Assembly (NCBI RefSeq): GCF_006345805.1
Contig: NW_021833778.1
Coordinates: 1-55,102 of the forward strand
Direction of reading: 5' to 3'
DNA from: Octopus sinensis
Lineage: Eukaryota
DNA: 55,102 nucleotides
Position numbers and translations under genes: made by a program. Under the pieces are notes generated by a model. It was not told the origin of the DNA. It did not search any database and was given only the letters and a program-made list of their open reading frames with translations. This document shows, piece after piece, positions 1 to 14,220 of this stretch (position 1 is its first letter; each line of letters starts with the position of its first letter).

Positions 1-2654
1 AACCGTAAATGTTCTCAATTAACATAATGTTAAATGTGTATACACATATACCTGCGTTTATGTAAATTCGTTTATCTTTTGTGTTGTTCTTGGTTTTGTT
101 TAATTTAAAAAGAAAGAAATGAAAAAATCCGTTGCTCCTTTTTATTTTTCTCCAAATTTTAATTCTATTTTATTTCATGTAAATAAATTAATAATGGTAT
201 ATATCTGGAAGATTTCTATTATAATACATTTGAAAATGTTTTTTTTTTAATTTTTATTTTTGTATTATCATTTTATTTATTTAAAAATTTTATATCCAAA
301 CGAAATCTAAAATTCTGATTCTTCATTTATAACTGTTTTGGATAATTTAGTATCATGCCATATTCAATATATTGTTCTTCATTCTTATATGGCTGAAACA
401 TTTTCAGGTGCTATACAGCTGCTATACTTCTGATTCATACATTTTGTGATTACTGTGTTGATATTAGATATTATACATTCATATATAACCGATATCACAC
501 AGATCTCTTCCAGTTGTATACTGCTGTTGTAAAAGTCTTCATAGGTTATAATTTGCTCTTTTAATAATGTTAGTATTATAGTTGGTACATCACTGCTATA
601 ACAACATTCCATTTGATATATCACTATTGTAACACTGATCTTGCTGCTATACTGCTGTTATTACACTGACTGTTATATGGTGGAGAGTACTGCTATTATA
701 AGACACACATAATATTATAGTATACACCACTGTTGTAGCATTCATCTTACCTAGTGATGTAAGTCTCTCGTTATCTAGTGGTATATCACTTCTATAATAC
801 TGATATCATTTGTGTATATACTTTTGTGTAGATATAGCATTTGTTAATATCTCAACAATTAGTGTTATCATTGTTATATGTTGATATCATAGTTGTAAAA
901 TCTGATAGTATTACAGTTGTATTAGAATTAGATATACTGTTGATATCACCAGTGATGACATTATAACAGCATATTGTACACACTTGAGATCACTACCTGT
1001 AATAATACTGTTGATATTGCTACACTAACACCAAATGCTGAGATATACTGCTTATATTACAATGAGATATCTTATTGACTATCACAGTGTGATAAAATGT
1101 CATTCTCTTGAACTGTACAATATGTATGTACTTTCATTCTACTAAATATTAATTTAATATTTTCATACATGACAGGAAATAATTACAATTTCTATCATAG
1201 GCTGAAGACTAGAAATTCGACATGGAGGGGAAAGAGTTGATGATATCAATCATGATACTTAACTGAATCTTTTTTTTTCTTTTAAAATTTTTTTTTCTTT
1301 TACCCTTTTATCAAGTTGACCTCAGCAGGTTTTGAACTTGGAATATAGAGAGCTGTAACCAAATGCTACTAGGAATTTTATCTAATGCCCTTACAATTCT
1401 ATCAAAACCACCAGCATTATAACAATTATTTCCATCTTTACTAGTACTTGACTGATATTTTATTTTATCTACCCAAGAATCATGCAAGACAAAGTTGATA
1501 AGTTCTGAGCTCAATACTAAATGTCTTGCAGTATTTAGTTATTGTCTTTTTGCATTCCAAGCCCAAATATAATTGACTAGACCCTCCCCTACACTAGAAA
1601 TCATTATTGTTAATCCTTTTGATGTCAATCTAGTTGATACCGCCCTTGATTCTATGATATAAATATCCTGTTTTAAAATGATTTAAATTAAAACTTTCCT
1701 TTAAAAGTTCATTTGTTCCAGATACCAGCTTAATAACGACAAAGCTGTTTAATTAAATTCTTCAGTATTTTCAAAATTGGTTGAAACAAGAGCAGTCTAT
1801 TTCAACAGAAATATGGTAATGAAGGTTAATATTGGTAGAATTGTTAAAGCACTGGACAAAATACCTCATAGTATTTCATTATGTTCTATGCTCAGGTCAG
1901 CTTTGCCTTTCATCTTGTCAATAAATTAAAGTACCAGTCAAGTGCTGGAGTTGATCTATTATCAAAGGTACTTCATTTTTCTCAAATTTTTGCCTTTGTG
2001 CCTATGTTACAAATCATTATCATCATCACCATTATTATTATTAGCTACTCATTAAATTTCAGAATCAGTAGAGCACCAATCAAAAAGCTTTGTGGTTATT
2101 TAGTTACAAGCTTTTGTGTTTTGATTTTAACTCTCCCTGGTGTCGGCTTTGATTTTTCTTCTTTTTTGGGGTCAATAAAATTGGTTGATTTAATTATCTT
2201 TCTCCCCTCCTCCACTAAATCTGTTACATTGCTCTTATTTTAGAAATAATTATTGTTACTATTTTTCACATCACATAAGACTGGGTCTTTGAATTTCCTT
2301 ACACCACATTCTTGGTAACATACTTATTAAAAGGTGGCAAGCTAGCAGAATTGTTATTGCATCGGATTAAATGCTTAGTGACATTTGTTTTAGGTCTTTA
2401 CATTCTGTGTTCAAATTCCATCGAGGTTGACTTTGCCTTCCATTTTTTTGGGAGTCAATTAAACAAGTACTAATTGATCACTTGGCTCAATCAGCTCCCT
2501 CCCTCAAAATTTCATGTGCCTGCAGCAGAAAATGTGTGTATATGTGTATACATATATATATATACATCATCATCATCGTTTAACACCGTTTTTCCGGCTA
2601 GCACGGGTTTGGACGGATACATATATATATATATAATACACACACATATATATA

Positions 2655-2717
<63 letters not shown>

Positions 2718-2883
2718 TTAATAAGGGTGAGAGAATTAGATACTAATTTAATATGTATATCTATTCAACACCAAGTGGCCCAGTGCTTCGAGAAACCTGG
2801 ATTATTATAATATTTTATTATATATTATAATATTTTATACAAAAATAAATATAGTGACCATTCTCTTATATTTATTTTATATA

Positions 2884-2914
<31 letters not shown>

Positions 2915-5900
2915 TATATATGAGAGAGAGAGAGATGTATGTAGGATTTGTAAAGTAAAATCAATATCTAATAGTTACATTCTCCTCTCTTTCTTCAAAT
3001 TTTTTACTCTCCATGTCATTGAAGGCATGGTGGTTGAATGTCCCTATACCACATTATTGGCAATAGATGTCTGTTAATCCTTCTCTAAGGGCATCTTTCA
3101 AATGTAGTTAGGACTTTGTAGAGTAAAATCAGCCCTTATTTCAGTTTCTTGACTCCAAATCATCGCAGAAATCCCTACAGGGACTCAAATTTGGTGAAGT
3201 ATATGATTTAATGGGGGCCCTCAATATTTGACTGGCATTAATTTTATCAACATCAGGGAGCTGAAAGAATAAGTTAAACCAGGTGGGATTTGAATCTACA
3301 GTGATAACTAAAATTGGAATGAAGCCACAAATTTTAGTAGAAAGGAATGGTCAGTTATATCCAATTCCACACTTCATTCTTAAATTGCTATTTTATTGCC
3401 TCGGAAGGATGAAAGGTAAAGTCAACCTTGGAGAGAGCCGAACTTGTTCTATCATTTATTATTATTATTATATTATTGATATATGTGTATGAGAGACAGA
3501 TGGAGGCCAAGAAATGATCTTGCAACCTCTGATTTGAGTGTGTATATGTGTGTGTTTTCTCCAGCAATTCTTCTGCTTCTGTGATTTCTCATGTCATGGG
3601 ATAATGGTTTGGCTCTGGTTAAAACAGTCTAGATTTTTGGTTAGCATAACAATTCTCATTTCTCTGATATGACAGTCTCGCATCATCAACTTCTAATAAG
3701 CATAGACTTGCATCTTTGTATGTCAGATATTGCACATTTGCACACAACACACACACTCCACACAGACACATTACAGTTACCGCAAATACATTCAGCTTCT
3801 TTGATTTTTTTTTCTCCACATTTATCTACATTTCTATGTTTTTCCCATTTAAATACTCCCTGTACTTCACTTTAATATCACATTCTATCAAAATACTCTC
3901 ACTGATCTTAGTAAATATAATTTCCTTGGCTGGTTTTGTCTATGACAAAATTTGAACTTGTCATCGCAACCTACTAGAACACTGGTCAGTTAAATGCCCT
4001 CTTGCTATGGTTCTCATTTGCAGCCTAGTGGACAATTGTACCACCTGATACAGCTGTATAGCTTTAGCACATTAAGGCCAGTTTACCAATTGATAGATAG
4101 ATATCCCTCTTGTTAAATGGACTCTACCTTCACATGGTAATTGTTTACAGCAAAATAGGCTGCTCTATTTCATGGGATCTATAGTAGTTTTTTTTCTTTC
4201 TAAAGGCTTAACCAAGGGAAAACAGACAGTGTTTTAAGGCCCTTTTCAGGATCTTTGAGACTGGTAGGAGGAAGGAAGCTATACTCAGACAGACCTAACC
4301 CAAAGTTACCAAAAGGCCAGGAGATGATGGCATACTTAACTATTTCCATGTCTTAATACTAGCTGACTGAAATGTTACCTGCCCATAGTATCTACCTGCA
4401 GCTTGGTGGAATGGGTCTTGACCACAGATGCAGCTCTGTGTCTGTGACTGTATATTAACTGTCATCTCTTCCTGTTATTCAGCACAACATTGCCTTGTGA
4501 CCCTAAAAATTACTGAGCAACAGTAGTTTTCCCCCCTAGCCTACCACTCCACTTCCATTACAAGACTCAGTATGTACCTTGCTGTACACTAAATTTCTTC
4601 TCTAATTTATAGATTTATGGAGTTATAACCAGTAGCTGTAATCTGAATTTGAACCTGTTGTAGCCTTTTTCACAATACTTTCTGTATCAGATGCTCTCTT
4701 CTTGCATATCCAGACCTCACACAATCTTTTCTTTCACAAGATAGCAAAACCTGATTCCACTGGTGCTTGTATTTATAACAAAACCTTCTGTCTTATATCT
4801 GAAATGAAACTGTCATCTTTGTATATCAACAAACAATGATATGACATCTAAGAAGGCAAAAAATTATGTGGACAGGACTGCATTTGTGTTTAAAGAGATT
4901 TATGATTGTGAGGGATTACTATTTAATGAATCCATTATAAACTATGAAATATCCCCAATAGTGGAATATATATATGTATATATATGTATATATTATATAT
5001 ATTATAATATATATATATATATATATATAATATTGATTTTATTCTTTCTTTTTGCAATAAAACCACTAAATTATTATTGTAAATGAAAAAAGAAAAAAAA
5101 TGTCAATGCTGGGTATCTGAAGCATCATTGTATTTAAAATACAACTGTTACTCCAGTTTGTTACGATATCTGAAACAAAGTTCTTAGAGCCTCTATGCCT
5201 TCCTCTATTTTATGTGTTTGTGTATACACATACACACATACATACACGTGTGTATGTGTATAATTTCTCAATCCGAAAACAAGTCCTCACTGAATCCTGA
5301 TGAAATATGTGTAGCTAAAGCAATTTTTTTTTTAACGAAGTTTTGTCCCACAAAATCACCGTATAATAATAATGTCCGTATCTAAAGAAAACGAGGAAGA
5401 AAAAAAAATTAACTTTACTGTGTGTTACCATACGTTTCACTATTTCAAACAAGAGTATATTACTCCAATGGGTCTTCGTAAAGAATATGTGCTTACATTT
5501 CAACCTATATTTTCAATCCTACTTTGCTCATCTCTGAATTTCTTCTGAGTTTCTCTAGATAAAAACATTTTACCCTCACTGGGTATATCCATAAACTAAT
5601 CTAAAAAAAAAAAAACGAGTAAAAAAGAAAAAGAACCCCCATCCCATGGGTTATCCTCCATACTATTGCTGCAAAATATTAACTTATTCTTTGAAATTTC
5701 TCTTCACCCCCATTACTGATTTTGCAGAATCATTAGAGTGTCAGACAAAACTCCTTGCAGTGTGTGTCCCGGCGCTTTAATGTTCTGAGTTCAAATCCCT
5801 CCAACAAAATAAAGAACCAATTCAATATTGGTATCGGTTCAATCTGCTATACTCAAACACCACCTTTGTTGTCTTGGACCGATTAAAGACAAAAGTTCTT

Positions 5901-7289
5901 ATTCTTATTTTCCACCCCCTCTTTTGTTACTTCTCTTTCTCTCTCTATAGCCCTCGTTCTTCCTTTCTCACGGCCTACAACATACTTTGTTTACAGTTTA
6001 TATTCTTTTTAACTCTTTCCCCATTGGTCCAGTTTCACTTCTCCTCCTCCTCCTACTCCTACCAATATTCTCACGTCGGTCTTTTACCGTTGCCTAAGAT
6101 TACCCCCTCCTTTACTATCATCATTCTCTCTCTCTCTCTCTCTTTCTCTCTCCCCAACGTACGCCAGCCGAGATTTTAAACCATATCCACTTTCCTCATT
6201 ATTGTTTGACTATATTTATATGTGTATCTGTAAGTTGTGGCGTATATATGTATGTTTGAATCAGTTAAACGTATATATGTATTTACATGTACTAGTTTAT
6301 TAAAGGTACATCTGTATGTTTACGTACATGGTTTATATCGCATTGTCTATGTATGTATGTCTGTGTAGGTTTCCTCGGCATTTTGCCTGATCGACCAAAG
6401 CAAGCAACATTTGCCAAGGTGTAAATGATAGCATTCCGTCGAGGCACCGCCACTATACTTTCATCAAACTCGGCTTCCGTAATATTGATAATAATAATAA
6501 TAATAATCGGTGGAATAAAAGTCAATCGATAAATCAATAAAAACAAATATATCATCAACCTGCGTTTTTGCTTTTTATCTTTTTTTTTTTTTTTTTTCCA
6601 TTTCTGTATGTATTACACTTTATTTTTAACTTCTCTTTTCTACACATCTCATTCACTCTTTCCCACTTACCGTTTTTCTTTTCTTCGATGTTTTTATCAC
6701 CGTGTCTCTTTCAGAAATCTATATAACGCCAAAATTCAGATTCTGTTTGTGCGTTCCTTAATTTTAGACTAAACAATACGCTGTAAGTTTGAAATGACAT
6801 TTGTGTACGCCTGACAAAAATTTCAGGTGAATCTGACTTAGAAGTCTCAAAGTTGATGACTTTTTCCCCTCCCATTATTATACCAACACATTTCGGAGGT
6901 GGCTGTAAGGGGTTCATAACGTGCACACGTGTAAATAACCAAGTGCTATGTTGACGGCATCCAGGTCAAGCCTCTGATCTGATGATAATTACCTGCTAGC
7001 AATCTCGGAGGCCATAAAAATGGAAATGGATACTGTCTTTGCACCTGTGGTTATGTGGTAAAGAGTTAGAAATGACATCAAGTGATTAACAGTGGCTTAA
7101 TGGTTTGGCTGTTCAGTCACTGTCATTCGATTCCTATATATAACAACGAGTTGCGTCCTCGAGCGAAGCCTTTCATTCCATATTGCTTCGGTCAGCTCAG
7201 CTGCAATGAGTGCCAGAATGCTGATGCAGTCCTTTCTCTTCCTCCAGCTGTACCAGAATACTGATGCAGTCCCTTCTTCCCTCGATGGT

Positions 7290-7562
7290 GGAGGCACACG
7301 GTCTAGTGGTTAGAGCAGCTGTCGAGGGTATCGCGGGTTCGAATCTCAGACCGGACGATATGTGTGTTTATGAGCGAAACACCTAAGCTCCACGCGGCTC
7401 CGGCAGAAGGTAATGGCGAACTTCTGCTGACTCTTTCCTCCTGCATCTTGCAGCTCACCTGCGATGGACTGGCGTCCCGTCCAGGTGGGGAACCTATGCG
7501 CCAAGAAACAGGGAAACCGGCCCTTATGAGCCAGGCATGGCTCGAGAAAGAACAAACAACAA
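7290..7562 (+). mobile_element. tRNA-derived SINE, family C (tail with Meta/V-domain-like motif)
   Basis: A/B-box head (GGTCTAGTGG...GGTTCGAATC), body shared with the 26932 copy, 3' part CCTGCGATGGACTGGCGTCCCGTCCAGG...GAAAC(A)GGGAAACCGGCCCTTATGAGCC. Confidence 0.7.
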
Positions 7563-8972
7563 AACTTCCCTCGATGTCTGCTCGTGACTACATAAAACAA
7601 TTAGCGAAAGCTAATACAATTATATATACTACCAAATTATACTCACTCAAAGTAAAGGCTGGCTATATTGTACTTCAGGTGATTAATGTACCAAAGGGAG
7701 AATGTGTCTTGGTAGAGAGAGAGAGAGAGAGAGAGAGAGACGGTAATGAACTGTGAGGGTAACTCAGAATTTGTAGTGTGGGTCTAAGAATATCCTGTCA
7801 ACGCAATATTGTGATTTGGAAAGAAATTTGACGAGTTAAGCACAAATAATTTACATAGGATGTGTGAATACTGCATGTAAATATTTGTTGAGAATACATA
7901 ACTTGCTCTTGCTGGTTTTGTTTATCCATATATCATTCTTTTGCAACATGTTATAGATCTCTCTCTCTCTCTTCAAAATATTAACTTATTCTTTGCTTCT
8001 CAATCCTCGAGATATTTGTTGATTCTGTAGAATTTTATTGTCTGTGACTGCTCATCAGGAGTCAGGGTTGATGGCGGTCATTTTCAATTCACGCTTGCAC
8101 ACATTCTTGTATATCTCATTTACCTCTGGACCTAGAAGTCAGTATACTACAGAGCAAGCTTTTGAAATACAGCCATCATCCATAAGATGAACATGTCCAA
8201 AGCATCGAAGTCGTTGCTGGAAATGAAAAGTGAACATTGGGATGCCTGCTCTGGTATGTCAGTGTCACAGACATTGTCCTATTATTTGAGCCTAAGGATT
8301 CTACCCAGATTTCATAGGAAGTATATGATGTTTATGTTCTTGTGAAGAGTACGTCAACTACAATTTGTTGCTACAGAGAAATGTGCCGAGAACACAGGCC
8401 TTATACACCACAACAGTATCATATGTTCTGAGCAATTTATTCTCTCATAGTTTCTGGGTAAGTCATGAGCGAGTAGTAACTGCTTTGCCTATACATTTCT
8501 TAAGCTCGATTCAGGCAAACTGTAACAGGATGTTGAAGCGCTTGTACTATGCCCAGTAATACAACTCTATTTTAATGTTAAAACGTATCGGATTGCTTTG
8601 TCCCATGACTTCGGTCGTCTTGAGATTGTTTGTGAGACCAAAGAACTCACAAGTTCTTGAGATCACATTGCTCGTGGTGACCAACAACATATATCTCGTG
8701 ATAACATTCCTCATCTTAGAGTTGATCTAGCTATATTGAAGAGCCGATCGTAAATAAAGCACGGGACTTGAATGCAGGTTCAGGAGCAGCTCTCTCTCTC
8801 TCTCACACACACACACATTGTCAGAGCGAAGACACATCCTTGCTTGCCTCTACTCATTCAGTATTCCTGGGAAATAGATCCCTCATTCTGTCCAGTGCTC
8901 TTTATTCTGTTATGGAAAGACGTTAGGTGGGCAACTAATGTGTGATAATACCAGCCGTGTTAGACAGTGAAT

Positions 8973-9201
8973 ATCTATTTCTTTACTACCCACAAGGGGC
9001 TAAACACAGAGGGGACAAACAAGGACAGACAAAGGGATTAAGTCGATTATATCGAACCCTAGTGCGTAACTGGTACTTAATTTATCGACCCCGAGAGGAT
9101 GAAAGGCAAAGTCGACCTCGGCGGAATTTGAACTCAGAACGTAACGACAGACGAAATACGGCTACGCATTTCGCCCGGCGTGCTAACATTCTGCCAGCTC
9201 G
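8973..9201 (-). mobile_element. tRNA-derived SINE, family A, full-length with 3' tail
   Basis: GAGCTGGCAGAA..TTAGCACGCCGGGCG head, GGTCGACTTTGCCTTTCATCC core, tail TTGTCCCCTCTGTGTTTAGCCCCTTGTGGGTAGTAAAGAAATA. Many homologous copies in the window. Confidence 0.85.
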
Positions 9202-9716
9202 TATCTAGTAACAAATACACCTCCGCTAAAAGCATTGTTCGCTGCAATCCTGTACACCACTCACACGACTCCCTAAACATTTCATATTTTAAGGACTACA
9301 GTAGTAGTAGTGGTGGTGATGGTGACAATTTCGGCAACTGTTCAGAAAAATTATTTCCAATTTCTGGTTCGTTGACAATAATTAAAACAATAAATGAAAT
9401 TTGCAATCTCTCAGAGTTATCTATCTTGAGTTCAGATACTTGGCACCCATAGTTACTTCCCTTTTATATTGAGTGCCGACAAGACACGGTTATACATCTT
9501 TTATTTTAGTCATTAGACGGCGACCATGCTGGGCCGGGCACCTCCTTGAAGACTTTTATAGCAGAATAAAGCGACTCCAGTACTTATTGTTTTACAGTTT
9601 GGTACTTATTCTATCGGTACTTTTGCTGAACCGCAAAGTTACGGGGACGAAAACACACTAACACTTGTTGTCAAGCAGTGTGTGTGTGTGCGGACTAATA
9701 CACACACATACACTCA

Positions 9717-10110
9717 TATACTCTTTTACTTGTTTCAGTCATTTGACTGCGGCCATGCTGGAGCACCGCCTTTAGTCGAGCAAATCGACCCCGGGACTTA
9801 TTCTTTGTAAGCCCAGTACTTATTCTATCGGTCTGTTTTGCCGAACCGCTAAGTGACGGGGACGTAAACACACCAGCATCGGTTGTCAAGCAATGCTAGG
9901 GGGACAAACACAGACACACAAACACACACACATACATATATATACATATATACGACAGGCTTCTTTCAGTTTCCGTCTACCAAATCTACTCACAAGGCAT
10001 TGGTTGGCCCGGGGCTATAGCAGAAGACACTTGCCCAAGATGCCACGCAGTGGGACTGAACCCGGAACCTTGTGGTTGGTTAGCAAGCTACTTACCACAC
10101 AGCCACTCCT
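9717..10110 (-). mobile_element. tRNA-derived SINE, family B
   Basis: GTGGCTGTGTGGTAAG...GGTTCAGTCCCACTGCGTGGCA-CTTGGGCAAGTG head/core; same family as 14221 and 54479. Confidence 0.85.
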
Positions 10111-10568
10111 GGTCTACCAAATCCACTTAGAAGGCTTTGATCGGCTCAAGGCTGTAGAAGACACTTTCCTAAGATGAGTCCCACCACCACACTGCATTAC
10201 GGGATTTCGTGCTTACGGAAATTGTAAAGTATGACCATTAATTTGGGATACGATCTGTAATTTTGCTCTTACAGAAACTCGCATTGCGTAACTATGAAAT
10301 ACGAGTTTCCATAAGAGAAAAATAAGTAATTTAAAACTATATTTTCTTCTTAGCAAAATTGTCACTTGCCTTTTTATAAAGTTCAAAATATATAGCTATC
10401 GATTTTAAAAACTATCATCACGTTACATACATACACTCATGTATATATAATGTACATAATGTGAGTGTGAGTATATATATATATAAGTTCAGCAAAATTT
10501 GGATTCAGATGAATATGGTACTTAATTTAAAGGCACCAGAATTTGATATGGTATTATCCATATAAATC

Positions 10569-10632
10569 ATATAATCAAAATAAGCAACAAGGATAGTGTA
10601 CACTACCTTGGATATCCTTGTTGCTTATTTTG

Positions 10633-10639
<7 letters not shown>
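10569..10639. repeat. Inverted repeat (27-bp arms) ending in (TA)n
   Basis: atataatcaaaataagcaacaaggata ... tatccttgttgcttattttgattatat. Confidence 0.8.
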
Positions 10640-10666
<27 letters not shown>

Positions 10667-11599
10667 TGTGTGTACATGCATGCATGTATGTATGTATTTC
10701 TATCATCAACACCAACACAGCCGCAACAGTGGTATATAAAACGAAGATAAGCAGATTATTTAAAATAAAACATAATGTGGTATCCTAGTGTATTTTAAAA
10801 CTCGAATGACTTGTCTATGAGGATTGACTTGAGACTAAACACCCACTACAAATTACCAAGGACAATATGACCTCCACATCAGCAACAATACCCGCTCACC
10901 ATCCTAACATCGAAACCAATGGCACTCACATCATCACCACCATCAACCCACTAACTCTTGGATCCAACTGGCAACAATAGATATCAGCATGTATGCCAAC
11001 ATGTGTGTATGTGTGTGTGTCCATGAATGTGAGTGAGTGTGAGTATGAAGTGTCTGTGTATTGATGCTTTCAGTCAGAAGTGTAAGGGACGAATTGCATA
11101 TAAAATCTGGCGACCCCTGGTGACCTAACTGTAATAGTACTTTCTCTTCTTTAGTCATTCACATATTTTCTCATTTTCATTATTGCATCAATAAGAATGA
11201 AGCAATTTTTCTCTCTCACAAAACAGATCTTTCCTGGGCCAATTTTTTAAATTGGATATTTGTTGTGGACAATCAAACACCGCTGCTGTTGGATTTGCCT
11301 TCAATTTAAAATGTCTGCAAAGACATCAAGTAGACACGTAGAAGTGCAAAAATGTAGCCGTCAAGGGAATTACAACCGTGTTTCGTGGTCTGCTACCACA
11401 ACAGCTCCTTTATAGGATCCAGTTAGCTCAAGTCATCATCAGGAGGAACCATGTCCGGTTTCGGCCCCTACTCCACTATCGTTTTGACATAGCGGAGGTG
11501 TCTTCAGCTCTGGTGTTGGGTGCATGTCTTCTTTCTTCTGTTCCCTGGCCTCTTCGATGTATCGTCAGCGAGTGTCAGCCGGTGGCTGTATTATACTGG

Positions 11600-13292
11600 A
11601 TATAAAAACATGATGTTTCAAAAAGACTTGACACAGAAGTAAAACTAAGTTACATTGACAAAAAATTAAATCTTGCAAAGTCTACAGTGGGAACAAAACA
11701 TAACAACAGAGAAAAAATTATGTCAAGTGCTCAAGAAGCTACTCCGTTAACTGCCTGGACCTTATTTTTCCATAGATCTAATGTAATGCTTAATATGGAA
11801 CGGCTCCTAAGTGTGTAAATTGAGGCTCAGAATCGTGTAATGTGCTGATAAACACAACAGTAATTAAAAGAAATAGCAAAATGTATATATGACGATTTGC
11901 CGATAAAAGGAGGCGAAACTTTTAGTGAAAAACCTAGTTTTGGCTAGTAAAGGCTGATTCAAACGGTTTAAGAAGCACATGAATTTTTACAACATAAAAA
12001 TGACCGATGAAACTGTGAGGGCTGATACACAAGCTGCTACTAATTGTCTTGACCAGTTGAAGAAAATGATCACTGAAGGGGTTACACACCAGACCATGTA
12101 TACTATGTTGATGAGACTGCACTTTTCTCAAAGTGCATGCCTGCTAGAACTTTTATCTCTCTAGAAGGAAAATCAACTCCACGATTCTAAGCGTCCAAAA
12201 ATTGCCTGAGACATCTTTTGGGACGAAATACCACTTGTGATATGAAATTAAAGCCCCTACATGTGTATCAAGGGTTAAACGAAGTTTAATCTACCTCTGA
12301 TTTAGCATTCAAATATAAAGGCATAGATGACTGAGAGACTTTTCAAAGAGTGGTTTACAAACGTTTTTCGTCCTGTAGCACAGTGCAAGACAGAATAATT
12401 CCAATAAAGCTTTGCCTCTTTTAGACAATACACTGAGCCACCCAGTGAACTTAGAAAACCTTTCTGATAATGTGAGAATAGAATATATCTCCAAGAATAC
12501 ATCTTCGTTGCTCCAGTCAATGGATCAAGGTGTGATATCTAACTTCAAAGTGCATTATATAAGAATTTTCAAACAACTGACAGGGAGGATAAACCCACAA
12601 TTAGAGATTTCTGAAAGAAGTTTAACATAATGGATGCTGTGGATGATATAGCTGAGTCAATCGAAGAAGTGAAACCTTTAACTTTGAATAGAGCTTGAAA
12701 AAGTGTATGGCCAGATTGTATCATTATAAGTTTTCTTCAAGCATAAAGTCTATACGAAATTCAGAAAGATATTGTGGATGTATGATTTGAAGAAGTCATA
12801 GAAGATGATATGATTGAATTTCTAGTATTTCGGAGAGAAAGTGTATCTACCGAGGAGCTGTACTGGTAGAAAAAGTGCAAGCTGAGAACAGAGGTGACAA
12901 CAGAAGTACACCATTTAAACTGACTAAAAAAAACTTATCGTTAAAGGGTTGTTACATATAGAGGAAAGTCTGCAGGCTTTTGTTGGTAAACACCCACAAA
13001 GTTATCAACCACCTCACCAACAACAACACTGAACACCTTTTTGATCTCCATGTGTCTAACACACATGGACATGCCTACAAAGTCAGAAAACAACACAGCT
13101 CCCATGACTTTCGAAAACATTTTTTCACGCTCAGAGTTGCTGAAGCATGGAATAAACTGCCTGTGTCAGTTGTTGACTGCCATGACACTGCATCCTTTAA
13201 GGCCCTCATGCTTTCCGAAATCCGCCGAAACCACACCTGATTATATATACACTTTAGATGAGTCGTAGTGCACCTGAGCACTGTACACAATG

Positions 13293-13333
<41 letters not shown>

Positions 13334-13500
13334 TAATTGTGAATGTCACATAAGAAGTGCAAGAAGAGTTTACAATGAGTTCAGTTCCTATACTGAGCTA
13401 TACAAGCATCATAAGCAGCTTGCAACGTTGGATAAGTTCTTCAGCCCCCAAGTTGGCCTTCATGATAATGAGATTGTAAGATAGTAAATATTGTTCTTCA
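11600..13500 (+). mobile_element. Decayed Tigger/pogo (TIGD1-like) DNA transposase
   Basis: Frame-broken peptides LNLAKSTVG, ASKG*FKRFKK, FYNIKMTDE..ADTQAA, YNVDET, LLDNTLSHP...SLLQSMDQGVISNFK typical of CENP-B HTH plus DDE_1. Confidence 0.75.
12980..13290 (+). mobile_element. 5'-truncated CR1-clade LINE 3' end nested in the Tigger relic
   Basis: THGHAYKVRK...RKHFFTLRVAEAWNKLP matches the CR1 ORF2 C-terminal motif; short 3' UTR then (TTA)n at about 13295-13330. Confidence 0.8.
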
Positions 13501-13574
13501 TCCCCATAGTAACAATCATTCCGCCGACACTATTCATAAAGTAGTCAAAATCTTTGGTTGGCCTGAGTCTATAC

Positions 13575-13905
13575 CCAGCTTGCACTATTGGTCAAGTCCT
13601 CTTTGACACTGTGAATCACCAGTTAATGCAGTCTTTTATCTCCTCTGTGAGATGCAACACCTTGAGATCAGTCTTCACCACTTCCTCCCAAGTCTTTCTT
13701 GCTCTCCTTCCTCCACAAGTTCCATTCACTTTGGGTATGCAGTAACTCTTTATACAGCTGTCACCCTCCATATGCATCACATGCCCATACCAGTGCATTT
13801 CTCTCTTGCACACTACACCTAATTCCTCTTGCAACTTTCTCGCAGCTCATAAACACTCCATAATTCACGTGCATGAACATATCTACTGAAACATACTAGC
13901 TTCAC
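13575..13905 (-). mobile_element. Decayed RTE-clade LINE fragment (near-identical to 15865-16190)
   Basis: Encodes WYGHVMHMEGDSCIK...GGRRARKTWEEVVKTDLK, the RTE ORF C-terminus. Confidence 0.75.
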
Positions 13906-14220
13906 TTCTTTCTAATAAACATACTCTTACGATATTTATTAATTCTCTAAAATATTCCTCGTGAGAAATTTTTTTGTGTTTTTATGTATTTATATTGCAC
14001 CGTGTATATTTAGAAATAGTCAATTTCATGTATAAAGGTGAACCTGTTGCTTGTTCTCTGGTGTTTTCTTGCGCCTCTTTTTATTTTCTCAAAAAAGTAC
14101 GCAGGAATGCAGTTTCACATGATAATTATAGCAATCAGTGGAGAAATTAATTTCGCGTCGCCGTAAGATTATCGGGAACGTATTCCACATAGCGAGGTAT
14201 TCCTGTACACACACACACGT

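Noticed and set aside
3950-4860. Possible LTR-retrotransposon or transposase relic
   Set aside because: Higher-complexity sequence, but no motif I could assign with confidence.
6671-6926. Selenoprotein-like read-through (FWRYIDF-TGA-KRHGDKNIEEKKN up to a GTAAGT donor)
   Set aside because: The frame stays open after TGA, but the context matches no selenoprotein family I know and no SECIS or further coding exon was found.
11395-11460. Hammerhead-like CUGAUGA...GAAAC...GUA on the minus strand (about 11365-11455)
   Set aside because: Core words are present but stem I cannot form; at most a decayed Penelope remnant.
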